Of a DNA stretch of 64,000 nucleotides, positions 9,249-19,087 are shown piece after piece. Below the pieces are notes generated by a model, which was given only the letters and a program-made list of their open reading frames with translations, had not been told where the DNA came from and did not search any database. The stretch covers positions 167,003-231,002 of the IMG/VR virus record IMGVR_UViG_3300005512_005684; one strand, 5' to 3'. The position numbers were made by a program, and so were the translations under genes. The DNA is from a virus. Lineage: Duplodnaviria > Heunggongvirae > Uroviricota > Caudoviricetes. Position 1 is the first letter of the stretch. Each line of letters starts with the position of its first letter.

Positions 9249-9878
9249 ATGATCACGATTGAAGCAGGCTGGAGAGAAATGGCGAAGATGCTCCCCGAGG
9301 GTGTGATCCTTTGGCGAGGTCACTCGGTCAGTGAACCGGGTTTTAGCGGTGGCTCAGCCTACGCGAGCACTCGTGCACACGAGGTGGACTTTGCGCGTAC
9401 CGAGAAACACGGGAAGACTTCGCACATGTGTCGAACAACCTTCGGCTCTGACAGTTGCAGTTGGATGCACGAGCCTACTGTTCACTTCAATGAGTCGGTA
9501 CGAAACAAGGGGACGGTGACGTTCCTTGACGAGCTTCCACCGGACGGCTGGACGTTTCTGCGGTTCAAGCGTGCGTCCAGAGAGGGGAATGCTATCTTCG
9601 CAGAGTATGGTGGGACGATCCCTGAAGACGTGGTGACGAGGATGTGGCTTTCTTCGTACCACGCGGTTAGACCGTACTTGAACGGGAGTGCGAGTGAGAA
9701 AATGGTCGGCTTCAGTACCGTGTTGAAGGCGTACCAAAACAGTGGCTACGACTTCGGTGACCACAAGTTCTTATTCGTCAGTACGGAGTGGCGCGGTGTG
9801 GATGCGCCGAGCCGGTACGTTCCGGCGATTGAAGTATTCGATGCTCAGGGCAATCCCTTACAGCTAGGAGAGGACTAG
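9249..9878 (+). CDS. hypothetical protein
   Basis: 209-aa ORF in operon. Confidence 0.65.
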   Translation: MITIEAGWREMAKMLPEGVILWRGHSVSEPGFSGGSAYASTRAHEVDFARTEKHGKTSHMCRTTFGSDSCSWMHEPTVHFNESVRNKGTVTFLDELPPDGWTFLRFKRASREGNAIFAEYGGTIPEDVVTRMWLSSYHAVRPYLNGSASEKMVGFSTVLKAYQNSGYDFGDHKFLFVSTEWRGVDAPSRYVPAIEVFDAQGNPLQLGED

Positions 9879-9880
9879 CC

Positions 9881-10630
9881 ATGCGATTCGTACCAGTGGT
9901 GTTGTTGGCAACCGTTTGTGGGTTGGCCGAGGAACCGAGAGAGTTAGTTCGGTGCCGTCAGGCGTACGGACGTAGCGTTGTCAGAGCAACGTCTCCGATT
10001 GATCGCGGGTACGTCAAGTACCTGGAAACTCTCAAGCGCAAGTACGGGAAGTCGGGAGACGCGACACATGCTCAGGTGATCCAGAACGAGATTGAAAGGA
10101 CGAAGGTCCATTCTCTACCTATTGGCCAACGAATCGTCGGAGATTGGCGACTGGTAGCCAATGGTGCGACGGAGCGCTTGTTGACGTTTGGTCGTGACGG
10201 GTCGGTAACGAGCAACTACGGGACGCATGTGAAGACGTGGAAGCACGTACGAGGTCATGTGTACGAAGCGTTGTGGAAAGGTGGAAAGACGGTGAAGGTG
10301 GAGTTGTCGCGCACGATGGACGGATTTACTTGGGTGGTGGAAGGGAGTGGTGCTAAACAGAGCTTTGTGAGACCGTGGTTGCGCGAAGTTGATTTCGAGC
10401 CGAAAGAACTCGTGGACGTGAGGGCGAAGTACCGAAGCAAGATTGATGGTGTCGCCGTCCCGATTATGAAATCCTACCAAGCAAAGCTAGAGACGATCAA
10501 GAAAGCTCTCGGCTCGAAGGGAAGGACCGTCGCGGCAATGGCCGTACAAGACGAGATCGAGTTTGTCTCATGTGAGTTGCTGGCGGCTCACGTCCGTGCT
10601 ACTCCGACCGAGGGAAAGGACAATGAGTAA
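9881..10630 (+). CDS. putative secreted protein with duplicated helical motif
   Basis: Signal-like N-terminus; YVKYLETLKRKYGKSG..AQVIQNEIE recurs as YQAKLETIKKALGSKG..AMAVQDEIE. Confidence 0.65.
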   Translation: MRFVPVVLLATVCGLAEEPRELVRCRQAYGRSVVRATSPIDRGYVKYLETLKRKYGKSGDATHAQVIQNEIERTKVHSLPIGQRIVGDWRLVANGATERLLTFGRDGSVTSNYGTHVKTWKHVRGHVYEALWKGGKTVKVELSRTMDGFTWVVEGSGAKQSFVRPWLREVDFEPKELVDVRAKYRSKIDGVAVPIMKSYQAKLETIKKALGSKGRTVAAMAVQDEIEFVSCELLAAHVRATPTEGKDNE

Positions 10631-11009
10631 AGAGAGAATCTACGGCTACGAAATTCTGCGAGAGGGTGGTAGTTGGCTCGGGGCCGCCCGTACCCGTCTC
10701 CAGTCCCACGGCAATGGTGATCGGGTGACCTGGGGGAGTGACGACGTGATTCAACCTCCGCTTACAGTGCGTCAGGTGGAAGAGATTGTGGCCGAGGCTG
10801 TAGCTGCGTTTCAGAACGATCTCCCGAAGGATCCAACTCGGTACCAGTGTGAGCTATGCGGCTATGACGAAGGTCTTGTGCGCGAAGCCAAAACAATGTC
10901 GTGGAAGGATGATAACAGACCCGTGATTGAGTGTGGGAAATGCAAGGGACTGATCGTCCTCAATACCGTGGGGGCTTTGTGGTCTCCGCCGGAACCACCG
11001 GAGTTGTGA
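10623..11009 (+). CDS. hypothetical Zn-ribbon protein
   Basis: CELCG..CGKC. Confidence 0.6.
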   Translation: MSKERIYGYEILREGGSWLGAARTRLQSHGNGDRVTWGSDDVIQPPLTVRQVEEIVAEAVAAFQNDLPKDPTRYQCELCGYDEGLVREAKTMSWKDDNRPVIECGKCKGLIVLNTVGALWSPPEPPEL

Positions 11010-11330
11010 ATGACTGGACTGCGTGAGCTAATGCTTCCGCCTGGAGTGGAAGTCGCCGACGAGGACGGTTGGAACCAATGCGTACATTGTGGATACTGCT
11101 GCAAGCAAGCTCCGTGTCCTGTGGCAAATCATTTGTACCCAGGTCATACAGGAGATTGTCCCGGACTGGTTGTGACTGAAGAGGGTGGATTCAGACTTTA
11201 CAAGTGTGCTCATGCGGTCGCATTTCAAGAGGAGCTTTCCATTGGCCAAGGGTGTTGTTCGGTTCTAAACAGTGACCGGTGGCCGTACCTGGAAGCGACC
11301 GGTGTATTACGGAGGAAGACCGATGGTTGA
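11010..11330 (+). CDS. CxxCxxCC (YkgJ-like) cysteine-cluster protein
   Basis: QCVHCGYCCKQAPC. Confidence 0.6.
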   Translation: MTGLRELMLPPGVEVADEDGWNQCVHCGYCCKQAPCPVANHLYPGHTGDCPGLVVTEEGGFRLYKCAHAVAFQEELSIGQGCCSVLNSDRWPYLEATGVLRRKTDG

Positions 11331-11670
11331 AAACTCCATGATGGTTGAAAACGATCTTGCCGTACGTGTCGGTGAAGCGGTTACCAATGAAATGCAGGAA
11401 GCCGCGAATACTGGAGCGTCTTTGTTCGCAGACATGCTTGTCGCCGAGGGTGTTTTTGACCCAGAGACAGGGGAAATACTCAAGGAACAATTCTTTGTTA
11501 CTTGTAGGTTCCGGGTCAATGATGAACCTGGTGGCGAGATACCCTCGACCTTTCAGTTTTCTGGAGAGTGTGGGGACGTGGACTATTCGGTATGGAGGAA
11601 GATGCTAAAGCGTGTTAGGAAGCATCTGAAGAGGAAGCTGAAGCAAGATGGTAAAGACGAAACGGGGTGA
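11323..11670 (+). CDS. hypothetical protein
   Basis: GGAGG RBS before ATG 11323. Confidence 0.6.
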   Translation: MVENSMMVENDLAVRVGEAVTNEMQEAANTGASLFADMLVAEGVFDPETGEILKEQFFVTCRFRVNDEPGGEIPSTFQFSGECGDVDYSVWRKMLKRVRKHLKRKLKQDGKDETG

Positions 11671-11842
11671 GTGTCCATCCTGCGGCTGCAAGACGATCAG
11701 CTTCACGCGACTCGAAGCGTACGTCGTGGCCGAGGACTCTGACGGCTCGATCAGTGCGGAGTTCGACGGGGTAGTTCGTGAGCCGAAGACAGGGACGTGT
11801 ACTGAGTGCGGTCGGACAAGGATACCGAGGGCTAATCAGTGA
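11648..11842 (+). CDS. small Zn-ribbon protein
   Basis: CPSCG..CTECG. Confidence 0.6.
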   Translation: MVKTKRGECPSCGCKTISFTRLEAYVVAEDSDGSISAEFDGVVREPKTGTCTECGRTRIPRANQ

Positions 11843-12129
11843 ACTACTTCAACATTGACATGTGTGTGGGTCAACGAGTGTGGGTAGTGGCAAACAATGC
11901 CGAGCCTGGCAAGAGTCAGGTTACGAAAGGGGTGCTTTCTGGGTTCGGTCATAGGGGACTTCCTATCGTCGATACGGGTGAAGGTGAAGTGTTGTGTATG
12001 GGAATCGTGATCCCGGAGAGTGAGGTTACGGAGCAGGCGCTTGGAGGTCTGAGCGATCAAGATAAATGGGAGTTCTTGCAATCGGTCGTGACCTTCGTGC
12101 GGAATCTTGATAGACAGAGAAAGACATGA
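11839..12129 (+). CDS. hypothetical protein
   Basis: GTGA overlap coupling. Confidence 0.6.
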   Translation: MNYFNIDMCVGQRVWVVANNAEPGKSQVTKGVLSGFGHRGLPIVDTGEGEVLCMGIVIPESEVTEQALGGLSDQDKWEFLQSVVTFVRNLDRQRKT

Positions 12130-12491
12130 AATTCAAACCCGTTGACCTTATCGTTGAAGGTCCGATCTACGGCGGAGTAGATTGGGGAAAGCCGCTCAAG
12201 GTGATTGTGAGCCGGTTACCAAAATGCGAGTTGGTCTGGATTGGCGGTCATACCGCGTACGTGGATCGTGGTACTGGAAGTGTGTACGTACCGTCGCGTC
12301 TTGCCTTTCTCGATTATGGTGGTGTTGGCCCTAAGTGGCCAGACAGGCAAGTAACGCTTTTAGAGGGAGGGCGGTTATCTTGTGCCCGGCTGGAAGAACA
12401 GGTGCCTAAGATTGCTGATTTGTTCGGTGTTCCCGAGGTCGAGATTTGCAGTCGGATCCATTCGCAGATGACGATCATTATTAAGGAGTGA
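12126..12491 (+). CDS. hypothetical protein (paralog of the C-terminal half of 32962..33642)
   Basis: ELVWIGGHTAYVDRGTGSVYVP..GGRLS versus ELIWCGPGTHWQDRMSGHVYDP..GGRFS. Confidence 0.65.
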   Translation: MKFKPVDLIVEGPIYGGVDWGKPLKVIVSRLPKCELVWIGGHTAYVDRGTGSVYVPSRLAFLDYGGVGPKWPDRQVTLLEGGRLSCARLEEQVPKIADLFGVPEVEICSRIHSQMTIIIKE

Positions 12492-12494
12492 GTC

Positions 12495-12752
12495 ATGTTC
12501 CTTCGTCGAGTAGAACGGAAGTCAGAGCAACCTTCGATGTCAATGGACGAAGCGACGGTCAGAGCTAGGGAAGCAATGAAGAACAATGAAGAGGTGTCGT
12601 GCCCGGAGTGTGGTGAACTTGTGAACCTGGGAGACGTGGAAGCGGCTATGGAGCACATGAAGAAACACCCGGAGGCACTGGCGCGAGCGCAGCTTAGGAC
12701 GGCCGTACATAGCATGACCAAGACAGGGATTTTGCGAGAGGTTCGACCGTAA
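12495..12752 (+). CDS. small Zn-finger protein
   Basis: CPECG..HMKKH. Confidence 0.6.
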   Translation: MFLRRVERKSEQPSMSMDEATVRAREAMKNNEEVSCPECGELVNLGDVEAAMEHMKKHPEALARAQLRTAVHSMTKTGILREVRP

Positions 12753-13066
12753 TGGCAGAGACCATTGGACACCATTTACAGAACTTACGAAAGTCTCTCG
12801 GTTTGACTCTTCGAGACGTTCAGCGTCAAACTGGAGTGTCGAACTCGTTTCTGAGTCAGGTAGAGAATGGTCAGGCGGTGCCGTCTCCAGATAATCTTGT
12901 TCGGTTGTCGAAGGTGTATAACACGAGTTTTGTGGAACTTATGAGGAAGTCGGGACACACAGTCTTACCTGGTGTAGAGTTGCTCGACGGGTTGAGTGAC
13001 GAAGAGGTCGAGCAGGTAAAAGATTACGTTAGGGTATTGAGGGAAGGGCGCACAGACGAGGGTTAA
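12752..13066 (+). CDS. XRE-family helix-turn-helix regulator
   Basis: LQNLRKSLGLTLRDVQRQTGVSNSFLSQVENG. Confidence 0.85.
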   Translation: MAETIGHHLQNLRKSLGLTLRDVQRQTGVSNSFLSQVENGQAVPSPDNLVRLSKVYNTSFVELMRKSGHTVLPGVELLDGLSDEEVEQVKDYVRVLREGRTDEG

Positions 13067-13094
13067 GTTTTGCGTTCCTTACGGGAGAATAACG

Positions 13095-13827
13095 ATGTCT
13101 GAACAAGCTTTACAATGGGTAGAAAGAAAGCTGGGACCTGATGGTCAGCGAGGGCCAAAGCGTAAAACGGCTGAGTATGTCGCAGTGAAGATGGTTTTTG
13201 ACAGAGGGATAACTGATCTTTACGAGTTGTCAGAAAACACTGGTTTAGAACCAGGTCGTGTAGACCGCATCTGCTATGCGTTAGGTCTCAAGAGGACGAT
13301 TCGAGAGAATAAGCCTGGTAGGATTTCTAAGAAAGAGGTAAACATTCCGAGGGCGGAAATGGTTATTTCAGGGATGGTGTTAAAGGGGTGTAGTGTTTCA
13401 GAAGTTTGTATGAAATGCCGGTCGTGTCGAAATTGGAGATTTTGTCAAAGCACACCGCGGCGGGTTGACTTTTGCGTACAATCGGCTCAAGACGCGGTTG
13501 TGGTGTCGTGCACCGGTTCGGGCAGCAGTCGCCCGAGCGTGGTACACGGTGGATCGGGTGAAACTCGAAGCGTTCTGTTGCTATCTCTGTGAGGGACGTG
13601 TACCCGATTCGTTCAAGGACACAGTGACAACGACGGTGGTACGTTTTCGCGATTGGGTGATTCAATCCGGGCCGCGACGTTATTTCCAGGACGAGTTACG
13701 TGACCGGTGTACGGTGGCACTGGAATCGTTCTTGTCGGGTGAGGAAATCCCGGAAGGTCGGGAATGCCCTGCGGGGTATATGCCCTTTCCGATTGACAAC
13801 GAAGAGAAGATTTCTCTGGTCATTTAG
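13095..13827 (+). pseudogene. hypothetical protein apparently split by a +1 frameshift near 13413
   Basis: ORF 13095 loses protein-like character after EVCM; the next frame is open from 13414 (NAGRVEIGDFVKAH..RAAVARAWY..) to 13827 with no good start. Confidence 0.45.
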
Positions 13828-13845
13828 TTGACAGAAAGGACAACG

Positions 13846-15897
13846 ATGGAAACCAGAATCGAAGAACTGGAGCGTGTCATAACTCACCTGGACTCCCTCT
13901 ACGAAGCAGGGGAGGACTGCATACACCCGGACACTGGGCTTCCAGTCTCCGATTCTGAGTACGACGTACTGAGGAAGGAACTGGCGGGTCTGTCTCCAGA
14001 CTCGCCAGTTCTCGAATCAGTCACAGCTTCGATGCTGGAGAGCGGCGTGAAGAAAGTGAAGCACGATCCGCCCATGACCTCTATCTCCAAAGCCATCGGA
14101 GACCTGGGAGAACGTCGGCGAATCCTCTTCAAGTGGCTGAAGGAAACAATGGTGGAGTTGGGCTACTCCGACAGGAAGGGTCATTTCGTCCAGTCCTACA
14201 AACGTGACGGTGTAGCACTCTCGCTCGTGTACAAAGACGGCAAGCTCGTCTCGGCTGGGCTCCGGCCACGGGACGGTGTGAACGGTGAGGACGTGACGGC
14301 GAACGCGAAGTTCGTGGAAGGGATACCGGCGCGATTGCCGGAACCGATTACGTGCACGATCCGTGGGGAACTTGAGTGTCGGATTTCCGTCTTCGAGAAA
14401 ATCAACGCGGAGCTTGAAGCTCGCGGCGATAAGACGTACGCAAATCCGAGAAATTTTACGGCGGGATCGATCAGACAGTTCAAGGATCCGAAGGTCACGA
14501 AAGAACGGCGACTGAGCTTTACCGCGTACCGGATACTTGGCTTTGACGACGCACCGTACAAGACTGAGATCGGTATGGCCAAGTACTGTGCTAAGACGCT
14601 GAAGATTCCGTTTGTTCAGACGCGTCCGTTTCGTGTGACCGATCTTGCCATGATGGAAGAGAACGTGCCGAACCTGGACTACGAGGTTGACGGCGTAGTG
14701 ATCTCCGTTGAAAACCTCGAAGACAGTGAACAACTCGGGACGGTCGGTGGGAGCGATACGGGCAATCCGAAGGGGAAACTGGCTTGGAAGTTTGCGGAAG
14801 AGATTGCGGAGCCAGATGTGGACAAGATCGATTGGCGTGTCGGTCGTACCGGCGACATAACTCCCGTCATGATGTTCGACGCGGTAAGACTGGCCGGAAC
14901 GAACGTTACTCAGTGTACCGGACATAATCTCGGTTTTTTGCAGCGGAAGCGAATCACGGTCGGTACCAAGATTCAGGTGATTAAGTCTGGCAAGATCATT
15001 CCAAAGGTGGTCGGGGTTACGTCGGATGCAGGTGATCCGTGTTACCCGGACGTGTGCCCAGTCTGCGGTGGTGACACGTCGGTCGAGAAAGGTGGTAAGG
15101 ACAAAGAGACAGGGGAACAGCTTGTGAAGCTCGTGTGCCCGAACGTCCTTTGCGGAGCACGCAAGGCAAACATGATATGCCACTATCTCACGACACTGGA
15201 CGTGAAGGGGATCGGGGAGAGTGCGGTACAAAAGCTCCTGGATGCTGGCGTGGTCACGTCGGTTGCGGACTTGTACTCGATTCGCGTCAAGAAAGCCCGT
15301 GAGGCGGGTCTCAGTAAGCGTGAGGCCATTCTCCTGGTCGCTCGCATTCAAGGGATCGATTCACCGGAGAGGACGAAAGAGAACAGTAAGCTCTTGGCGG
15401 CGATCAAAGTCGCTCGGGGGAACAAGACAGTGGTGCCCGCGGCGAAGTTCGTGCAAGCTCTAGGAGTGTCGGGAATCGGTCGTTCGACAGCCAAGGCGTT
15501 GGTCTCGCACTTCGGTGAGTTCGCCAATCTACGGGCGGCAAGCGCGGAAGCTCTGGAAGCCGTAGAAGACGTGGGAGAAAAGACGGCGCGTAGCCTACAT
15601 GATTTCTTCGCTTGCAACGGTGACGTGATAGATGGTATCCTTGAGCATGTCGAGTTAGAGAAACCGAAGACAGGAATCTTCACCGGCAAGGCATTCGTAT
15701 TCACTGGAGGCTTTCCAGGGGGCAAGAAAACCTGGGAAGGCAAGGTGGAAGAACGGGGCGGGAAGTGTTCTGGCTCGGTCTCAAGCAAGACAGATTTCGT
15801 GGTGGTGGGTACTGACGCCGGAGCTAAGGCACAGAAAGCTGCGTCACTCGGAATCAAGATGATAGACGTGACGGAACTGGAGTCGATGTTAGTGTAA
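13846..15897 (+). CDS. ligA: NAD-dependent DNA ligase
   Basis: SDSEYD, YKRDG (KxDG), RGE, NPRNFTAGS, DGVV, AWKF, VGRTGDITP, C4 Zn finger, HhH repeats, C-terminal BRCT. Confidence 0.95.
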   Translation: METRIEELERVITHLDSLYEAGEDCIHPDTGLPVSDSEYDVLRKELAGLSPDSPVLESVTASMLESGVKKVKHDPPMTSISKAIGDLGERRRILFKWLKETMVELGYSDRKGHFVQSYKRDGVALSLVYKDGKLVSAGLRPRDGVNGEDVTANAKFVEGIPARLPEPITCTIRGELECRISVFEKINAELEARGDKTYANPRNFTAGSIRQFKDPKVTKERRLSFTAYRILGFDDAPYKTEIGMAKYCAKTLKIPFVQTRPFRVTDLAMMEENVPNLDYEVDGVVISVENLEDSEQLGTVGGSDTGNPKGKLAWKFAEEIAEPDVDKIDWRVGRTGDITPVMMFDAVRLAGTNVTQCTGHNLGFLQRKRITVGTKIQVIKSGKIIPKVVGVTSDAGDPCYPDVCPVCGGDTSVEKGGKDKETGEQLVKLVCPNVLCGARKANMICHYLTTLDVKGIGESAVQKLLDAGVVTSVADLYSIRVKKAREAGLSKREAILLVARIQGIDSPERTKENSKLLAAIKVARGNKTVVPAAKFVQALGVSGIGRSTAKALVSHFGEFANLRAASAEALEAVEDVGEKTARSLHDFFACNGDVIDGILEHVELEKPKTGIFTGKAFVFTGGFPGGKKTWEGKVEERGGKCSGSVSSKTDFVVVGTDAGAKAQKAASLGIKMIDVTELESMLV

Positions 15898-15993
15898 GTC
15901 CGGAGGCGTCCCTCGTCGAGCAACAGGAGGATGCTGGCGAGGTCATTGAGAGAGTGCGAGAGATTCGTTGAAGACGAGAAAGGGAGAAAGTCA

Positions 15994-16401
15994 ATGGTGA
16001 CGATGACCAAGGAAGAAAACCGAGAACGATGGATTAAAGCCATTTCATTTTTCATGGAAGAGGTACCGGAGGACGAACACGAGAACGGTCAAAAAGGCTG
16101 TTACCGGTCTGGGAGCGGACAGTTCCTCTTGTTCCACTTGCGGGAAATGAAGCTCCCGCCACCGTCCGCGATCAGATGGACGGAGGTGATCACTGAGGGG
16201 GAGTCTGGGATTACGAACGACTTCATGATTCTGCGCGTGATGATTGAAGAGTATGGAGACGATGAACGACGCGGCAGTCGTCGTGGGGATTTCAGACCGG
16301 AACAGGGACGACAGGAGAAACGTGAACCGTTCCGTAACATTCGGACGTACTGTGTTCCGTGGGAGGACATCCTCGCAATCTCAGTTCAAGAACGGGTGTA
16401 G
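15994..16401 (+). CDS. hypothetical protein
   Basis: GGGAGA RBS before ATG 15994. Confidence 0.6.
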   Translation: MVTMTKEENRERWIKAISFFMEEVPEDEHENGQKGCYRSGSGQFLLFHLREMKLPPPSAIRWTEVITEGESGITNDFMILRVMIEEYGDDERRGSRRGDFRPEQGRQEKREPFRNIRTYCVPWEDILAISVQERV

Positions 16402-16472
16402 GAGACAAGGGGGAGTCCTCCCCTCGGGCTCCCCCTAGCGCTTTTGTATTACTCGGTTGGGAGGTACTTGGT

Positions 16473-17024
16473 ATGTGTAAGGTCGAAAAGAAAGACTTGT
16501 CCAGCGACGGACAGGTCAAGACAGGAGACGTGGTACTCGTCAACAAGGGAGGGGTATGGGCAATTGCTCAAGTCGATTACCTCTACGACGAGACGGCCCC
16601 AGAGTTCGCCGGGGAATGGGCGCATATCGTCGAAGGGAATCTGGAAGACTCCGTGTCCAGAGATTCGCTCACCGTAGTGAACGAACTCGCACAGCAGGCG
16701 ATCTTGCTTTTCACCGAGTTGGGAAGTGTAGCGGGTGGGTTTGAAGAGTCGGATGCCGGTTTGCTCTCGAATCTCCTGGAAGCCGGGCGGTACGTGGCCG
16801 AACGGAATCGTTATGACGAGTTAATGGAAGATGAGTTTTACGACGACCGGTACGATGACTGGTACGATGACTGGTACGATGACGACTGGCTCGACGATGA
16901 TTTGATGAGTGGACCTGTTCCTGCGGCGTTACAGTTGGAGTCCGTGTCCTCAATCAAAGAGAGACACGGCATTGGTAGCAGAGAGCTTTCCGATGCTGGT
17001 CAAACTCACGATCAAGAATCTTAG
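16473..17024 (+). CDS. acidic hypothetical protein with (YDDW)-type repeats
   Basis: GGAGG RBS; YDDRYDDWYDDWYDDDWLDDD encoded by 12-bp tandem repeats. Confidence 0.6.
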   Translation: MCKVEKKDLSSDGQVKTGDVVLVNKGGVWAIAQVDYLYDETAPEFAGEWAHIVEGNLEDSVSRDSLTVVNELAQQAILLFTELGSVAGGFEESDAGLLSNLLEAGRYVAERNRYDELMEDEFYDDRYDDWYDDWYDDDWLDDDLMSGPVPAALQLESVSSIKERHGIGSRELSDAGQTHDQES

Positions 17025-17556
17025 CTTCACGAAGCGTATCACAGGGAAAAAGACCTTCGAGTTTGGTCGGGTGACGATCCTGGCCGGCCCGAACGGCTCG
17101 GGTAAATCATCCGTACTCAGGTCAATGGAAGCGCGGATGCAAAAGCAATCCGGGAGCGAGAAAGATGTGTACGTTCTCGACCCGCCCGCCAGGCTCTACT
17201 TTCTGGACTCTGAAAAGACGGCTCGGAATTCAGGGAGTTTTGATGAAACCAAAGACTTTGGTGTTCAGGTTGGCATTCGTTACATGAGTCATGGCGAGTT
17301 TATGAAGATTGCGTTGCAGTCGGCAGCAGCGGCAACTGAACCATCGATCTTTGCAGTGGACGAACCGGAGAGCGGTCTCGATCTGGATGGCTTGTTCGAG
17401 TACCGTGAACTCATACAGGGAAGTAAACACCAGTTCATAGTGGCGACTCACCATCCGCTGTTCTGGACAATCCCTGAAGCCAAGATTATCGTACTCGGAA
17501 AAGACAAGGAATACGTGAGGAAATGTCAACGGCGATTTCAGGAGTTACTACCATGA
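16993..17556 (+). CDS. ABC/AAA_21-type ATPase
   Basis: Walker A GPNGSGKS, signature MSHGE, Walker B AVDEPESGLD, H-loop IVATHHP. Confidence 0.85.
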   Translation: MLVKLTIKNLSFTKRITGKKTFEFGRVTILAGPNGSGKSSVLRSMEARMQKQSGSEKDVYVLDPPARLYFLDSEKTARNSGSFDETKDFGVQVGIRYMSHGEFMKIALQSAAAATEPSIFAVDEPESGLDLDGLFEYRELIQGSKHQFIVATHHPLFWTIPEAKIIVLGKDKEYVRKCQRRFQELLP

Positions 17557-18071
17557 ATGAACTCGTGATCAAGGGACTGCGGAATGAGGATGGTGCGAGG
17601 TGTCGGATCCGACTTTCAGTGTCGGGTAGCGCCGGTTTTCAGATGTGTTGGCTCACGTGCGTGAAGCTGAAGAAAGGTAAGCGGGGGAATGGGAAGATCA
17701 AGTGGGTCCCCGTGTCCAAAGATGTGCTTCACCTCACGCCAATGGAGACGGCGCGAATCTCGGCCTTCGCGTCGGGTTTCCTCGGGTGGGCGTACGGGAG
17801 AGTCAACAACGTGAAACGCGGTAACCCGAAGCCGAGACGGACGGAGGTCACCGGCGTGTGTGACGAGACAGGAAACAACGTCATGCAATTCGTTTTGTCC
17901 GTGGACGAACGGAAGAAAACAGGCAAGGATGTTCAGCGATTGATTCCGCTCTTTTGTCTTGCCCCAGGGCAAGGTGGATTCGTTCCGAGTCGCATCTTCC
18001 TGGAAGCCAGACACGTCGTGAAAGTACTGACTTGGTTGACCATGTACTCCGCGACGATTTGGGAGTCTTGA
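17553..18071 (+). CDS. hypothetical protein
   Basis: ATGA overlap with upstream stop. Confidence 0.6.
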   Translation: MNELVIKGLRNEDGARCRIRLSVSGSAGFQMCWLTCVKLKKGKRGNGKIKWVPVSKDVLHLTPMETARISAFASGFLGWAYGRVNNVKRGNPKPRRTEVTGVCDETGNNVMQFVLSVDERKKTGKDVQRLIPLFCLAPGQGGFVPSRIFLEARHVVKVLTWLTMYSATIWES

Positions 18072-18073
18072 CG

Positions 18074-18733
18074 ATGATCCAAGTTCACCGGGGGTGGCTC
18101 GACAACATGTCGCAAAGTCCCTCGGAATGTACCTTCCATTTCGACTACCACGGCGAGCCATTTTCTCTGTATATGAGGTGGCGGTGGACCGACCCGTGGG
18201 AGGGGCGATTGATCCAAGGTCACGACATCCTTCGAGGCCGGTGGACTCAAGACCTTTTTCGCCAGCCAATGCGACACCATTTCTTTACCCACGATCAGGA
18301 CGGGGAAGCGAAAGCGAAACTCCAGGAATTGGCGAGTGAGTGGTTACAGAGAAATTGCGACCCAGTATTGGAACTGGTGGGAGTGGAACGTCCGGGTTTT
18401 CTCCCTGAGTTTCCATCGGAACGTGACCGGGTGATAGACGCCGTGAGAGCGAGCCGTGCGAGTTACCAAGTGCTCGGGGGAGTGGTCGGGTATGAGCTTG
18501 CTCGCCAGGCCAACGGAATACTCGACTTGGAGATTCTCCTGGAAAGGCGGTACGAGGAAGAGGACGAAATTGTGTGGGATTATCACACCGGCGAGGGTGG
18601 TCTCGACCAGTACTGGGAATACCGGATTGCGACCCTCCAGATTGAGTTTGTGTACCAGTTGCTCTTGGTCGTGTTCGCACCGGAGCGAGCGACTACTCAA
18701 GCGGCAATTATTCATCGGCAATTGACGGATTGA
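18074..18733 (+). CDS. hypothetical protein
   Basis: ATG at 18074; YMRWRWTDPW motif. Confidence 0.6.
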   Translation: MIQVHRGWLDNMSQSPSECTFHFDYHGEPFSLYMRWRWTDPWEGRLIQGHDILRGRWTQDLFRQPMRHHFFTHDQDGEAKAKLQELASEWLQRNCDPVLELVGVERPGFLPEFPSERDRVIDAVRASRASYQVLGGVVGYELARQANGILDLEILLERRYEEEDEIVWDYHTGEGGLDQYWEYRIATLQIEFVYQLLLVVFAPERATTQAAIIHRQLTD

Positions 18734-18783
18734 GAAAAGGCGTAGAAATGCCGTCTAGCGGCTTCCTAGACCGTTTTGACGTA

Positions 18784-18821
18784 ACGGCCAATTCCTTGTT
18801 TCGGACAGGGAATTGGTCGTG
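18784..18821 (+). terminator. strong UUCG-capped hairpin (terminator or processing site) at a module boundary
   Basis: ACGGCCAATTCCTTGT-TTCG-GACAGGGAATTGGTCGT. Confidence 0.5.
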
Positions 18822-18954
18822 TCTATTTCGACGTAATTATCGGCGGAAAATTGCGAATTAAACGTTGCTAATTCTCGGTTTCTATGAGAGAATTAACTCC
18901 GTCAGTTTTGACAACGAGGAAGTGGTGGAAATGAGGCGTCGCAATTTTTCCAAA

Positions 18955-18998
18955 TTTTTCATGATAAACCGGAGGGTGTTGAACTGAGTCTACAGGTG
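18955..18998 (+). promoter_or_regulatory. conserved phage promoter-like motif, copy 1
   Basis: T-tracts then TGATAA-N17-TGAGTCTACAGGTG; four copies, all intergenic and upstream of gene runs. Confidence 0.7.
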
Positions 18999-19087
18999 GA
19001 AGGGGAGAATCCTCTCCCTTTCCACGGACTCCGGCGTTCGGTGTCCGTCTTCCACTTGAGTGATAATTGAGTGAAACGGAGGAAACG

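Noticed and set aside
14017-15351. Long minus-strand ORFs opposite ligA, the helicase, CCA, pncA and others
   Set aside because: Antisense shadows typical of GC-rich coding DNA; no motifs or RBS, and the + strand genes are clearly recognisable
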